Assembly (NCBI GenBank): GCA_965199855.1
Contig: OZ241326.1
Span: 352,001 to 416,000 of the forward strand
DNA length: 64,000 nucleotides
From: a bacterium
GTDB lineage: Bacteria; UBA8248
Direction of reading: 5' to 3'
The translations under genes were made by a program, and so were the position numbers. Below, piece after piece: positions 9,552 through 23,825 of the stretch; position 1 is the stretch's first letter; every line of letters starts with the position of its first letter. The notes beneath the pieces are model-generated. The model had not been told where the DNA came from. It ran no database searches and was given only the letters and a program-made list of their open reading frames with translations.

Positions 9552-9842
9552 GAAACGCTCCACATCCCGGCCCGAAAGGCCGGCTCCTCAAGACGCCGGC
9601 GCGCGACAGGGAAAACGCGCACCCGAAAAACCGGGCGTAAGATATCCGCCGGAGTCCCGATTGTCAAGAACCGACCGACGCCGCGCGGACGGACAAGAAA
9701 TCGCCCGTCCCGGAGAGGGCCCGGTTTCACTCCCCTCGCTCTCGCTTTTTCCCTAAAAAAACTTGGTTTTTGTTCGCGGCCACCGGAAAATCTGAAAAAA
9801 CACCTCTTTTCCCGTGAAAGGCGCTTGCCCCGGGCGCTGTTT

Positions 9843-9892
9843 TGTGGAAAACTCCCATCTTCGTCAGTCTCATGCCTCGCCCTTGTGGAAAA
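9843..9892. promoter_or_regulatory. Two DnaA boxes upstream of dnaA
   Basis: TGTGGAAAA at 9843 and 9884 (reverse complement TTTTCCACA). Confidence 0.7.
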
Positions 9893-9957
9893 CGCTCGCC
9901 GGCGCGTTGCCAGAGAACGCCTCGCCACGCGGCGGCCTTTGCCCATCGGTTCACGCC

Positions 9958-11277
9958 ATGACGAATCTGTGGCTTCGTTGCGCGGATAAAATCAGGGAAG
10001 AGGTATCCCCGAAAACGTTCGAGCGATGGTTCGCCGGCGTCGAGGAAGTGGACGCGAACGAATCCTCCCTGACGATCCAGGCACCCAACTCCTTCACGGC
10101 GGGAGCTCTGCGCTCACGCTATTGGGGCATCCTGACGGACATCCTCAAGCAGGAGGCCGGGCCGAACGTCGCGCTCGCGCTATTGGCCGGCAACGGCGCG
10201 AGCGAAAAGCGCGCGGAAGAAGGGCCGGCGGAGCGCGACCCCGCGCCCAAGCGCCCGGACTTCCTGAACCCCAGATACCACTTCGAGAATTTCGTGGTGG
10301 GCGCGTCGAACGAGCTCGCCCACGCCTGCGCCGCCCGCGTGGCGGACGGCATGGGCGCCACGCTCAACCCGCTTTTCATCTACGGCGGGGTGGGTCTCGG
10401 CAAAACACACCTGCTGCACGCCATTGCTCACCGCATTCTCAGCAAGCGTCCCGGAGCCCGCGTCTTCTACGCCTCGGCGGAGAGCTTCGTCAACGACCTC
10501 ATCTCCTCGATCAGGCGAAACCGCATGGCCGCGTTCAGAAACAAATACAGAAAAGTGGACGCGCTGATGATAGACGACATCCAGTTCATCGCGGGCAAGG
10601 AGCGAACCCAGGAGGAGTTCTTCTTCACCTTCAACTCCCTGCACGAAGCGAGAAAGCAGATCATCATCACGAGCGACAAAATGCCCAAGGACACGCCGGG
10701 CCTGGAGGAGCGTCTCCAGGCGCGCTTCGTGTGGGGGATGATGGCGGACATCGGCGCGCCCGACTTCGAGACCAAGGTGGCCATCCTCCAGAAAAAGGCG
10801 AGCGAGCAGGAGCTCTCCCTCCCCCGCGAGGTCGCCCACTACATCGCCGAGAAGGTTCGCTCCAACATCCGGGAGCTCGAGGGATGCCTCATCAAGCTCA
10901 ACTTTCACGTTTCCCTGCACGACATCGAGATTGACCTGCCGGTCGCGCAGGAGGTGCTGCGGAGCATCATCCGCGACCCCGCGCGCAACTCCTCGGTGGA
11001 CAACATCCAGAGAATCGTAGCCGCCCACTTCCAGGTGCGGGTCGCCGACCTCAAATCGAAAAACCGCTCGCGGTGCTTCGCGATTCCCCGGCAAATCGCC
11101 ATGTATCTGTCAAGAAAACTCACGCGAGCCTCGACCACGGACATCGGACGCCGCTTCGGCGGCAAGGATCATTCCACGGTCATTCACTCCACCAATAAAA
11201 TCGAGGAACTGCTCAAAACGGATCAGGCTCTCTCGGACGCCATCCAGGCCATCCGCCAGAAGATAGACCTCTCCTGA
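9958..11277 (+). CDS. dnaA: Chromosomal replication initiator DnaA
   Basis: NPLFIYGGVGLGKTHL, IDDIQF, RELEG, GGKDHSTV. Confidence 0.98.
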   Translation: MTNLWLRCADKIREEVSPKTFERWFAGVEEVDANESSLTIQAPNSFTAGALRSRYWGILTDILKQEAGPNVALALLAGNGASEKRAEEGPAERDPAPKRPDFLNPRYHFENFVVGASNELAHACAARVADGMGATLNPLFIYGGVGLGKTHLLHAIAHRILSKRPGARVFYASAESFVNDLISSIRRNRMAAFRNKYRKVDALMIDDIQFIAGKERTQEEFFFTFNSLHEARKQIIITSDKMPKDTPGLEERLQARFVWGMMADIGAPDFETKVAILQKKASEQELSLPREVAHYIAEKVRSNIRELEGCLIKLNFHVSLHDIEIDLPVAQEVLRSIIRDPARNSSVDNIQRIVAAHFQVRVADLKSKNRSRCFAIPRQIAMYLSRKLTRASTTDIGRRFGGKDHSTVIHSTNKIEELLKTDQALSDAIQAIRQKIDLS

Positions 11278-11512
11278 AAAGAAGTGGAAAGAGTTGTGGA
11301 CAACGGTGTTGAAACCCCGCGGCCTCGCCGCGCTCCATGGAAAAATGATGCGCGAAAAACGCTTGTCCACAACCGCGCCAACATGCCAGGTCTCGAAAAA
11401 GACGCTTTTTTTCAGCCTCGTATCCGGTTTTCCACAAATTCACGCTCCCTGTCACTACTATTTTCTGGATATTTTCCTGCATCCTAAAAGATCTGGTATC
11501 TGAGAATATCCC
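11278..11512. other. Replication origin oriC (DnaA boxes, basal unwinding element, AT-rich DUE)
   Basis: TGTGGACAA 11295, TTGTCCACA 11363, TTTTCCACA 11428 followed by AATTCACGC-TCCC-TGTCACTACTATTTT and an AT-rich tract. Confidence 0.85.
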
Positions 11513-15144
<3,632 letters not shown>

Positions 15145-15266
15145 CGCGCCCCTTCGCGGCGCGAGAGACTGATTTTCCTGCGTCCGCCTCGTCCCGCCCC
15201 CGTTCGATGTTTTGAACTTTGAGACGGCCGTCCCTTCGCGCCGTCGCCGGGAGAGTTTCCGAGAAA

Positions 15267-17696
15267 ATGGACGACCTTCGAGAAGTCAGCATCGAGCAGG
15301 AGATGAGCACCTCCTTCATGGACTACGCGATGAGCGTCATCATCGCGCGCGCCCTGCCCGACGTGCGGGACGGGCTGAAGCCCGTGCAGCGGCGCATCCT
15401 CACCACGCTGAACGACCTGGGCCTCGCCCACAACCGGCCGTTCCGAAAGTGCGCGAAGATAGCGGGGGACGTGAGCGGGAACTACCACCCCCACGGGGAG
15501 GCGGTGGTCTATCCGGCGCTGGCGCGCATGGCGCAGGACTTCTCCCTGCGGGGCCTCCTGGTGGACGGGCAGGGCAACTTCGGCTCCGTGGACGGCGACC
15601 CGCCCGCGGCCATGCGCTACACCGAGGCGCGGATGACACAGCTCGCCGAGAGCATGCTCGCCGACATCGAGAAGGACACCGTAGACTTCGTCCCCAACTA
15701 CGACAACACGCGCGCGGAGCCCTCCGTGCTTCCCGCCCGCGCTCCCAACCTGCTGCTGAACGGCTCGACGGGCATCGCCGTCGGCATGGCCACGAACATC
15801 CCGCCCCACAACCTGGGAGAGGTCTGCGACGCGCTCATCCATCTGCTGGAGAAGGGCGACGCCTCGACGGAGGAAATCCTCCGCAGGATGCCGGGCCCCG
15901 ACTTCCCCACGGCGGGCATCATCTACGGGCGCGCGGGCATCCGCGACTACTACGAGACGGGCCGCGGCTCGCTCCGGATACGCGCCAGGGCGATGGTGGA
16001 GGTCAACGCGCGGAGCGGCCGCCAGTCCATCGTGGTGACCGAGATTCCCTACGCGCTCAACAAGGCGCGGCTGATCGAAAAGATCGCGGACCTGGTGCGC
16101 GAGCAGAAGATCGCCGACATCGCCGACATCCGCGACGAGAGCGACAGGAGCGGGATGCGCATCGTCATCGACCTGAAGCGCGACGCCGTGGGCGGCGCGG
16201 TGCTGAACCAGCTCTACAAGCACACCCAGATGCAGACGAGCTTCGGCGTCATCCTCCTCGCGCTCGTGAACAACCAGCCGCGCGTGATGGGCTTGCGGGA
16301 GATGCTCTCCCATTTCCTGCGCTACCGCCGGGAGATCGTGCTCAGGCGGAGCCGCTTCGAGCTCGACAAGGCCGAGAAGCGGGCGCACGTCCTCGAGGGC
16401 TACCGCATCGCCCTCGACAATATCGAGGAGGTCATCCGGCTCATCCGGGGGAGCAAGACGCCCGAGGAGGCGCGCGAGGGCCTCGCGGGGAGCTTCGGCC
16501 TCTCCCGGCCGCAGGCCCAGGCGATCCTGGAGATGCGGCTTCAGCGCCTCACGGGCCTCGAGCGCGACAAGATAGAGGAGGAATACAAGGAGCTCCGGAA
16601 GGTCATCAAGCGCCTCCGCAAAGTGCTGGTGGATCAGGCTTTGCAGACCGCCATCATCAAGGAGGAGCTTCTCGAGGTGCGGGAGAAGTTCGCGGACGAG
16701 AGAAGAACGCAGATCGCGGACGAGACGAGCGAGATATCCCTCGAGGACATGATCGTCGAGGAGGACATGGCGGTCGCCATCTCCAATTCGGGATACATCA
16801 AGCGAAACGCCGTCAGCCTCTACCGCTCCCAGCGGCGCGGCGGCAAGGGCGTGATGGGCATGGGGACGAAGGAGGAGGATTTCGTCGAGCAGCTCTTCAT
16901 CGCCTCCACGCACGACTACATGCTGTTCTTCACCTCGCGCGGCCGCTGCCACTGGCTGAAGGTCCACGAGATTCCGCAGGCGGGCCGCGCCGCGCGCGGC
17001 AAGGCCGTCGTGAACGTGCTGCGCCTGGAGGCGGGCGAGGCCGTCTCCGCCGTCATGCCCGTCCGGCAGTTCGAGCCGGATCGCTACGTCATCATGGCGA
17101 CGAGGCGGGGCGTGCTCAAGAAGACGCAACTCGCGGCGTTCAGCCACCCGAGGACGGGCGGCATCATCGCGCTCCAGCTGGATGAGGGCGACGAGCTCAT
17201 CGGGGTGGGCCAGACGGACGGCGGCCTCGACGTGTTCATTGGAACGAGGGGCGGCAAGGCCATCCGCTTTCCCGAGAGCAAGGTTCGCGCCATGGGCAGG
17301 AGCGCGCGCGGCGTGCGCGGCATCGCCCTGGCGGAGGGGGACTACGTGGTCGGCATGGAGGTCGTCTCGCCGGGCAACGTCATCCTCACCGCCACCGAGC
17401 TCGGCTACGGCAAGCGCAGCCGGGTGGACGACTACCGGCTCACGAACCGGGGCGGCAAGGGGGTGATCAACATCAAGGTGACGGAGAAGAGCGGGCCGGT
17501 CGTCGGCGTCCGGCGCGTGACCGAGGACGACGAGTTCATGCTCATCACGACCGGGGGGCAGCTCATCCGCTCCCGCGTCCGGGACGTCTCCGTCATCGGG
17601 CGCGCCGCGCAGGGGGTCCGGCTGATCGGCGTCCGCGAGGGAGACCGCGTCGCGGCGCTCGCCCGCATCGAGGAGAACGGAAACGGCTCCCCGTAA
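15267..17696 (+). CDS. gyrA: DNA gyrase subunit A
   Basis: [23 protein letters not shown], GyrA-box QRRGGKG. Confidence 0.98.
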   Translation: MDDLREVSIEQEMSTSFMDYAMSVIIARALPDVRDGLKPVQRRILTTLNDLGLAHNRPFRKCAKIAGDVSGNYHPHGEAVVYPALARMAQDFSLRGLLVDGQGNFGSVDGDPPAAMRYTEARMTQLAESMLADIEKDTVDFVPNYDNTRAEPSVLPARAPNLLLNGSTGIAVGMATNIPPHNLGEVCDALIHLLEKGDASTEEILRRMPGPDFPTAGIIYGRAGIRDYYETGRGSLRIRARAMVEVNARSGRQSIVVTEIPYALNKARLIEKIADLVREQKIADIADIRDESDRSGMRIVIDLKRDAVGGAVLNQLYKHTQMQTSFGVILLALVNNQPRVMGLREMLSHFLRYRREIVLRRSRFELDKAEKRAHVLEGYRIALDNIEEVIRLIRGSKTPEEAREGLAGSFGLSRPQAQAILEMRLQRLTGLERDKIEEEYKELRKVIKRLRKVLVDQALQTAIIKEELLEVREKFADERRTQIADETSEISLEDMIVEEDMAVAISNSGYIKRNAVSLYRSQRRGGKGVMGMGTKEEDFVEQLFIASTHDYMLFFTSRGRCHWLKVHEIPQAGRAARGKAVVNVLRLEAGEAVSAVMPVRQFEPDRYVIMATRRGVLKKTQLAAFSHPRTGGIIALQLDEGDELIGVGQTDGGLDVFIGTRGGKAIRFPESKVRAMGRSARGVRGIALAEGDYVVGMEVVSPGNVILTATELGYGKRSRVDDYRLTNRGGKGVINIKVTEKSGPVVGVRRVTEDDEFMLITTGGQLIRSRVRDVSVIGRAAQGVRLIGVREGDRVAALARIEENGNGSP

Positions 17697-17819
17697 GAGA
17701 GATTGAAAACGACCTCCTCCGGGCGGGCGCGGGCGCGGAAATGGGGTATAATGCGCCCGACGACGCCCCGCGAGAGCGAGGAGGAAAACGAACCTCCCCG
17801 AAGAAGGAGAGACGCGCCC

Positions 17820-18308
17820 GTGAGAACAAAACGCTTCCTGCTCCCGGCGCTGGCCGCCGCGGCGTTGCTGGCCTCCGTCGCCGAAGCCCAGGTGCTGCCG
17901 CCCGTGCGAGAGCCGCCGCCCGCTCCCGCGCCCGAAGTCAGGCCCGCGCCTCCCCTGGCGCCTCCCGGCCAGCCCGTGGTGGGGCTTCCGGTACGGCGGC
18001 CCCTGGACCTCATCGCCACCATCACGCTGGCGACGGGCAAGACGGAGACCTTCGCCCGCGAGATCGACCGGCTCGAGATCATCACCGGGCCCGACGGCGC
18101 CATCGAGCTGATCCACCTGCTCCTGGTCGCCGACGGGGAGCGCAACACGCACGTCTGGTACAACTATGGACAGGTCGCCAAGCTGAGCTACCGCTTCGTC
18201 ACCCCCCAGGGCAGCTCGAAGGTATTCGTTCGCCTGCTGCGCGCCTCGCCGCCGACGAGAGAGCTCACGGAGAGGGTCGAGCCCCTGAGCCCCCTCGAGT
18301 TCCGCTAG
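17820..18308 (+). CDS. Exported hypothetical protein with Pro-rich N-terminus
   Basis: AAGGAG RBS, GTG start, signal peptide ending AEA-Q. Confidence 0.65.
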   Translation: MRTKRFLLPALAAAALLASVAEAQVLPPVREPPPAPAPEVRPAPPLAPPGQPVVGLPVRRPLDLIATITLATGKTETFAREIDRLEIITGPDGAIELIHLLLVADGERNTHVWYNYGQVAKLSYRFVTPQGSSKVFVRLLRASPPTRELTERVEPLSPLEFR

Positions 18309-18315
18309 GGCGCCG

Positions 18316-19215
18316 ATGAGCGCGAAGGGCTACGCGAATCCGCGCCTCGCCCTCGCCCCCGCGCAGCTCGCCGAGCGCATCGGCGGGCGCAAGGGCGACG
18401 ATCTCGTCATCATCGACGCCCGCCCGACGCCCGAGTTCTGCGCGGGCCACATCGAGGGCGCCGCGCACCTCGACCTGTATGGAATCTCGCTCAACGACAC
18501 AGGCCCCTCCGCGCTGGCCGCCTTCACCTGGATGCTCGCGTATCTCATGGAGATACGGGGCGTGGACTACGACAGGACGGTCGTGTTCTATCAGGAGAAC
18601 GCGGGGTTCCGCGCCGCGCGCGGATTCTGGTTTCTCGAGTATCTGGGCCATGAGGACGTCCACGTTCTGGACGGCGGCCTCAACGCGTGGAAAGCCGCCG
18701 GCCTGCCCGTCACGCGCGAGGCGTGGCCGATGGCGGGAGGGCCGTATGAAGCGGACGCGCGGGGCGAGAGGCGCATTCTGAGAACCTCGTTCGCCAGCCG
18801 CCTCAAGCCGCCCGAGGCGGGCCGCATCGCCACGGCCGACTACGTTCTCGGCCATCTGGACGATCCGGACGTCGTGATTCACGACACGCGCTCCGAGGGG
18901 GAGTATTTCGGCGAGAACGTCCGCGCCGCGCGCGGCGGCGCCGTTCCGGGCTCGGTTCACCTCGAGTGGTCGGAGGCTCTCGCCGCCGACGGGTCGCTCC
19001 GGCCGGCCTCCGAGCTCAGGGCGCTGCTCGAACCCCGGGGCCTGACGCCCGACAGGGAAATCGCGCCCCTGTGCCAGGGCGGCTACCGCTCGGCGCACGC
19101 CTATCTCGTCTATCGGTTGCTCGGCTACCCGAGAATCAGAAACTACCTGGGCTCCTGGAAGGAGTGGGGCGACAGGGAAGACCTCCCCATCGAGGTTCCC
19201 GGGCGAAGCGGATAG
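18316..19215 (+). CDS. Tandem-domain rhodanese / sulfurtransferase
   Basis: GHIEGA, VLDGGLNAW, active site CQGGYRS, NYLGSWKEW. Confidence 0.92.
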   Translation: MSAKGYANPRLALAPAQLAERIGGRKGDDLVIIDARPTPEFCAGHIEGAAHLDLYGISLNDTGPSALAAFTWMLAYLMEIRGVDYDRTVVFYQENAGFRAARGFWFLEYLGHEDVHVLDGGLNAWKAAGLPVTREAWPMAGGPYEADARGERRILRTSFASRLKPPEAGRIATADYVLGHLDDPDVVIHDTRSEGEYFGENVRAARGGAVPGSVHLEWSEALAADGSLRPASELRALLEPRGLTPDREIAPLCQGGYRSAHAYLVYRLLGYPRIRNYLGSWKEWGDREDLPIEVPGRSG

Positions 19216-19252
19216 AACCCCGCCCGCCCGCCGCCCTCGCCGACCCGCAAAC

Positions 19253-19919
19253 GGGGCGCATATATGCGCCCCCCACAAAACCGCCACCCTCCCCGCAGGG
19301 GACGCATTCACGCGCCGCGTTCGTAGAGGGCGTGCGCGATTCGCCTTCGTAGGGGCGGCTCGCGAGCCGCCCGTTTTGAAGGGAAGGGAATCAAACCCCT
19401 GGATTCCGGCCTTCGCCGGAATGACGGCGGACGGACGCGGGGCGGACAACCACAGGGGGTTGTCCCTACGGCGGGGCGCAAGAATGCGCCCCCTACGGGC
19501 GAGGGCGGCGAGGATTTCCCCTCCGGCGCGCGCCGCCGCAAAACCCGTCATTCCGGCGAAGGCCGGAATCCGGAACCGGGGCGCGCGGCGGCCAACGGGC
19601 GTTCCCGGCCAATCCATGCGCGGGTTCGCCTTCGTAGGGGCGGCCCCCTGTGGCCGCCCGTTGGGATGATCGTTCGCCGATCGGGTTCCGCCCCCGACGT
19701 GCAGGGACAGGTCGCGACCTGTCCCTACGGGATTTTCGCGCGGCGGCGGGACGGGAATCCGGCGAAGGACAACCACAGGGGGTTGTCCCTGCGATTGCCG
19801 CAATCGCCGCGCGCGGCGTCATCGCCGGCCCGCAACGGGGCGCAAGAATGGAAACGCTCCCGCGCTCACCTGCGAAACCGTCGCTATCTTCATCCGTAGG
19901 GGACGCATTCATGCGTCCC
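19253..19919. repeat. Mosaic cluster of REP-like extragenic palindromes
   Basis: GTAG/GCAG-footed hairpins at 19349, 19444, 19473, 19634, 19701, 19767 and 19896, plus an inverted pair of CCGTCATTCCGGCGAAGGCCGGAATCC at 19401-19427 and 19545-19571. Confidence 0.85.
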
Positions 19920-20079
19920 GCGTTTTTCCCGTCCCTGCGGGCCGCGCGGCGCTTCCCGCGAACGCGCGCCGCGCCTGCTGGATTATTTTCCCGCGCTGTG
20001 GCATTTGCATGGCGCGGCGTTCTTTCATCCGCGCGCCCCGCCCGGCGAACCGGCGCGGGCGGCGAGGGAGGCTGGGCGC

Positions 20080-21510
20080 ATGGACGGCCACCACGGCGAA
20101 AGGGAGACCATCGTCGCGCTCTCCACGCCCCCCGGACGCGGCGCCATCGCCATCGTCCGCCTGAGCGGAGGGGAGTCGCTCCCGATTCTCGAGCGGATTT
20201 TCGCGCCCCGGAAAAAGAGAAGCGCCTTCCCCGCGCGGCGGCCCGTGCTGGGGCGCTTCGTGGAGGCGGGCGAGGCGTTCGACGAGGGGGTGGCGTTGTT
20301 TCACCCGGGCCCCGGCTCCTCCACCGGCGAGGACGTGGTCGAGATGCACTGCCACGGCGGCCCCGCCATCTCGCGCGCCATCCTGCGCCTGGCGCGGGAG
20401 GCGGGGGCGAGGACCGCCCTGCCCGGCGAGTTCACCCGTCGCGCCTTTCTGGAGGGGAAAATCGACCTGCTCCAGGCGGAAGCGGTGGCGGATCTGGTGA
20501 TGGCGCAGACCCAGCGGGCGGCGCGCGCCGCCCTCCATCACCTGGACGGGCGGCTTTCCTCGGCGCTCGAGGCGGCCTGGGAGAAAATCGTGGAGGCGGG
20601 CGCGCACGTCGAGGCGGCGATAGACTTTCCCGACGAGTTCGAGCCGGGGGCGGGTCCCTCGGTTTCGGGCGCGCCCATGGGCGGCGCCGGCCTCGCGCGC
20701 CTTTTCGCGGAGATAGAGGGGGCGCTGGCGAGGCTTCTGGCGAGCTACCGCTCCGGCAGGATTCTCCGGGAGGGGGCGCGGGCGGCCATTCTCGGAAGGC
20801 CCAACGCCGGAAAGTCCACCCTGCTGAACGAGATGCTGGGCGCCGAGCGCGCCATCACGAGCGAGATTCCCGGCACCACGCGGGACACGGTGGAGGAGGT
20901 CTGCGAGGTGGGCGGCGCACCGGTGCGGCTCATCGACACGGCGGGTCTCAGGGAGGCGGGCGATCCGGTCGAGCGCGAGGGGACGGCGCGGGCGCGAAGG
21001 GCGGCGGAGGGCGCGGACGTCTGCCTCATGGTGATGGACGCCGCGCGCGGGCGGGAGGAGGCGGCCTGGGCGGCGCGGGAGGCGCGCTCCCTGAAATGCC
21101 ATAATATATTTATATTCAATAAGTTGGATAAAATATCCCCCGAGGAGGGAGAGGAGGTGCGCGCCTTTTTGCGCGAGGTCGCGCCTGAGGCCGGCGAGCC
21201 CGTTTTCGTCTCCGCGCTGACGGGCGAGGGGCTGCCCGCGCTGCGAGAGGCGATGGCGCGCGCCCTGATGAACGGGGATGGTCTCCGGGGCGGCGAGGCG
21301 CTCCTCACGCGGGAGCGGCACCACGGGGAAATCTCCCGGTGCCTGGAGGCGGTGCGGCTCGCCGGGGCGGGCGCGCGGGAGGCGGCCTCGCCCGAGCTGG
21401 TGGCGGTTCACCTGAACGAGGCGCAGTCCGCCCTCTCCGGGCTTTTGGGGAAGGATTACGGAGAGGCGCTGCTGGACAGGATTTTCTCCACCTTCTGCAT
21501 CGGAAAGTAG
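20080..21510 (+). CDS. mnmE: tRNA modification GTPase MnmE
   Basis: [33 protein letters not shown]-terminal FCIGK. Confidence 0.97.
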   Translation: MDGHHGERETIVALSTPPGRGAIAIVRLSGGESLPILERIFAPRKKRSAFPARRPVLGRFVEAGEAFDEGVALFHPGPGSSTGEDVVEMHCHGGPAISRAILRLAREAGARTALPGEFTRRAFLEGKIDLLQAEAVADLVMAQTQRAARAALHHLDGRLSSALEAAWEKIVEAGAHVEAAIDFPDEFEPGAGPSVSGAPMGGAGLARLFAEIEGALARLLASYRSGRILREGARAAILGRPNAGKSTLLNEMLGAERAITSEIPGTTRDTVEEVCEVGGAPVRLIDTAGLREAGDPVEREGTARARRAAEGADVCLMVMDAARGREEAAWAAREARSLKCHNIFIFNKLDKISPEEGEEVRAFLREVAPEAGEPVFVSALTGEGLPALREAMARALMNGDGLRGGEALLTRERHHGEISRCLEAVRLAGAGAREAASPELVAVHLNEAQSALSGLLGKDYGEALLDRIFSTFCIGK

Positions 21511-21562
21511 GGGCGCGCGGGCGGGCTTCGCCTCGTTCGCGCGGAATTCGGGAGGCTTCGGC

Positions 21563-23491
21563 TTGGGCGGTCGTTATGACGTCATCGTCGTGGGCGGCGG
21601 ACACGCCGGCTGCGAGGCGGCGCTCGCCGCCGCGCGCATGGGCGCCCGCGCCCTGATGCTCACGATGAACCTCGACACCGTGGGCCTCATGTCGTGCAAT
21701 CCGGCGATAGGCGGGCTGGCCAAGGGCGTTCTGGTGCGCGAGGTGGACGCCCTGGGCGGCGAGATGGCGCGCGCCATCGACGCCACGGGGATTCAGTTCC
21801 GGATGCTCAACACGAAGAAGGGCCCCGCCGTGCAGGCCCTGCGCGCCCAGGCGGACAAGCAGCGATACCGCGCCTGGATGAAGCAGGCGGTCGAAAGCCA
21901 GGAGAACCTCCATCTCAAGCAGGGCATGGCGCAGAGGCTTCTCGTGAAGAACGGGGCGATAGCGGGCCTTCGCGATCACTTCGGGGAGGTTTATGAATGC
22001 GCCGCGCTCGTCCTCACGCCGGGCACCTTCGCGCGCGGCCTTCTCCACTACGGGGCGCGGAAGGTGGAGGGCGGGCGCGCCGGCGAGGGCGCGGCGAACG
22101 AGCTGACCGCCCAGCTCCTCTCCCTCGGCTTCTCGATGGGGCGGATGAAGACGGGGACGCCCCCCAGGATAGACGCGCGATCCATCGACTTCGGGCGGCT
22201 CGCCGTCCAGCCCGGAGACGAGCCGCCCCTTCCGTTCTCCTACCGGACGCCCGCCATCGAGCGGGAGCAGACGCCCTGCTGGATCGCCTGGACGAACCCG
22301 CGGACGCACGGAATCATCCGGGAGAACATCGACCGCGCGCCGATGTACAACGGGCAGATCGAAGCCGTCGGCGTCCGGTATTGTCCGAGCATCGAGGACA
22401 AGATCATGCGGTTCGAGGGCAAGAGGGAGCACCAGATATTCCTGGAGCCCGAAGGCCGGGAGACCCGCGAGATTTACGTGAACGGGCTCTCCACCAGCCT
22501 GCCGGTGGACGTGCAGACGCGGATGCTGAGGACGATAGAGGGCCTGGAGAAGGTCGAGATGATGCGCCCCGGCTACGCGGTGGAATACGACTACGCGGCG
22601 CCGACCGAGCTCGACGCGAGCCTGATGACGAAGAGGACGCCCGGGCTGTTTCACGCCGGCCAGATGAACGGGACGACCGGCTACGAGGAGGCCGCGGCCC
22701 AGGGAATCATCGCCGGCGTCAACGCCGCGCGGCGGGCGGGCGGCGGCGACCCCGTCGTTCTTGGGCGGGAGGAGGCGTACGTCGGCGTTCTGATTGACGA
22801 TCTCACCACCAGGGGAACGGCCGAGCCCTACCGGATGTTCACTAGCCGCGCCGAGCACAGGCTGAGGCTGCGGCACGACAACGCGGATTTCCGGCTCATG
22901 GAGCTGGGCCATCGCGTGGGCTCCCTGGACGGGGCGGCCTTCCGCGCCTTTCGGGCGAGGGCGAAGCGGGCGCGCGAGGCCATCGCCTACGCGGAGAGGA
23001 CGATGGCGCGACCGACGCCCGGGGTTCGGAGCGTTCTGGAGGCGGCGGGCTCCCGCGTGCTCAGGAAGCCGGCGTCCCTGGGCGACATTCTCCGCAGGCC
23101 GGAGGCCGGGCCGGAGCTGGCGGCGCGCGTTGACGCCGTGAACGGGGGCCGCTTTCGGGCGATCTGGGAAGGACTCGGAAGGGAATCCCGGCGATACGTT
23201 CTGGCGGAAATCAAATACAGGGAGTATTTCGAGCGCGAGCATCGGCAGGTCGCCCACCTGAGAATGGCCGACCGGGTGACGATACCCGAGGACATCTCCT
23301 ACGCCGGGGTGAGCCACCTCACCGCCGAGGTGAGGCAGAGGCTCGAGCGGATACGCCCCCGGACGCTCGGGCAGGCGAGCCGCATTTCGGGCGTGACGCC
23401 GGCCGCGATCGCCGTGCTGGAAGTCCACCTCCGAAAGCGAAGCGGGGAATCCGGTCGCCGGGAGCGCGTTCCCGTCCGCGATGACGAATAG
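21563..23491 (+). CDS. mnmG: tRNA uridine modification enzyme MnmG (GidA)
   Basis: [39 protein letters not shown]. Confidence 0.98.
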   Translation: MGGRYDVIVVGGGHAGCEAALAAARMGARALMLTMNLDTVGLMSCNPAIGGLAKGVLVREVDALGGEMARAIDATGIQFRMLNTKKGPAVQALRAQADKQRYRAWMKQAVESQENLHLKQGMAQRLLVKNGAIAGLRDHFGEVYECAALVLTPGTFARGLLHYGARKVEGGRAGEGAANELTAQLLSLGFSMGRMKTGTPPRIDARSIDFGRLAVQPGDEPPLPFSYRTPAIEREQTPCWIAWTNPRTHGIIRENIDRAPMYNGQIEAVGVRYCPSIEDKIMRFEGKREHQIFLEPEGRETREIYVNGLSTSLPVDVQTRMLRTIEGLEKVEMMRPGYAVEYDYAAPTELDASLMTKRTPGLFHAGQMNGTTGYEEAAAQGIIAGVNAARRAGGGDPVVLGREEAYVGVLIDDLTTRGTAEPYRMFTSRAEHRLRLRHDNADFRLMELGHRVGSLDGAAFRAFRARAKRAREAIAYAERTMARPTPGVRSVLEAAGSRVLRKPASLGDILRRPEAGPELAARVDAVNGGRFRAIWEGLGRESRRYVLAEIKYREYFEREHRQVAHLRMADRVTIPEDISYAGVSHLTAEVRQRLERIRPRTLGQASRISGVTPAAIAVLEVHLRKRSGESGRRERVPVRDDE

Positions 23492-23581
23492 CCCGAGATA
23501 ATCGCCCCCCCCTCGCCGTCGGCGCGGTCCCTCCGAATACGGGAAGCCCCCCCCCTCGCCGGGAGCAAAAACCTCTCGAAT

Positions 23582-23597
23582 TGTTCCACGTGGAACA
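23582..23597. promoter_or_regulatory. parS site 1
   Basis: Perfect palindrome TGTTCCACGTGGAACA. Confidence 0.95.
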
Positions 23598-23650
23598 TTT
23601 TGCCGTCCCGGGGGAGCCGTTCGGCGGAATCCCTCCCGAAAGCTCCGAAT

Positions 23651-23666
23651 TGTTCCACGTGGAACA
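23651..23666. promoter_or_regulatory. parS site 2
   Basis: Perfect palindrome TGTTCCACGTGGAACA. Confidence 0.95.
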
Positions 23667-23733
23667 TTCGTCGAACGTTCGCCGCCGGAAAACAGGGGCC
23701 GGCGCGCGTCTGGTATGCTGTCGCCACAAATTT

Positions 23734-23749
23734 TGTTCCACGTGGAACT
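23734..23749. promoter_or_regulatory. parS site 3
   Basis: TGTTCCACGTGGAACT (1 mismatch). Confidence 0.9.
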
Positions 23750-23825
23750 TTTTGTTGAATTTTTCCGGGCGATGTGAGAGCCTTTGAACGCTGGCTTTTC
23801 TTTCGCCTCGCCCTGAAAGCGGGAT

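Noticed and set aside
19253-19919. CRISPR array, or coding ORFs across the palindrome cluster
   Set aside because: The repeats are heterogeneous, in both orientations and irregularly spaced, and there are no cas genes. The overlapping ORFs are translations of REP sequence.
23503-23561. Two poly-C tracts (G-C8/9-TCGCCG) as phase-variation sites
   Set aside because: Intergenic and not within an identifiable promoter; plausible by chance at this GC content.
23581-23787. Short ORFs beginning MFHVEH/MFHVEQ
   Set aside because: These are translations of the parS palindromes.
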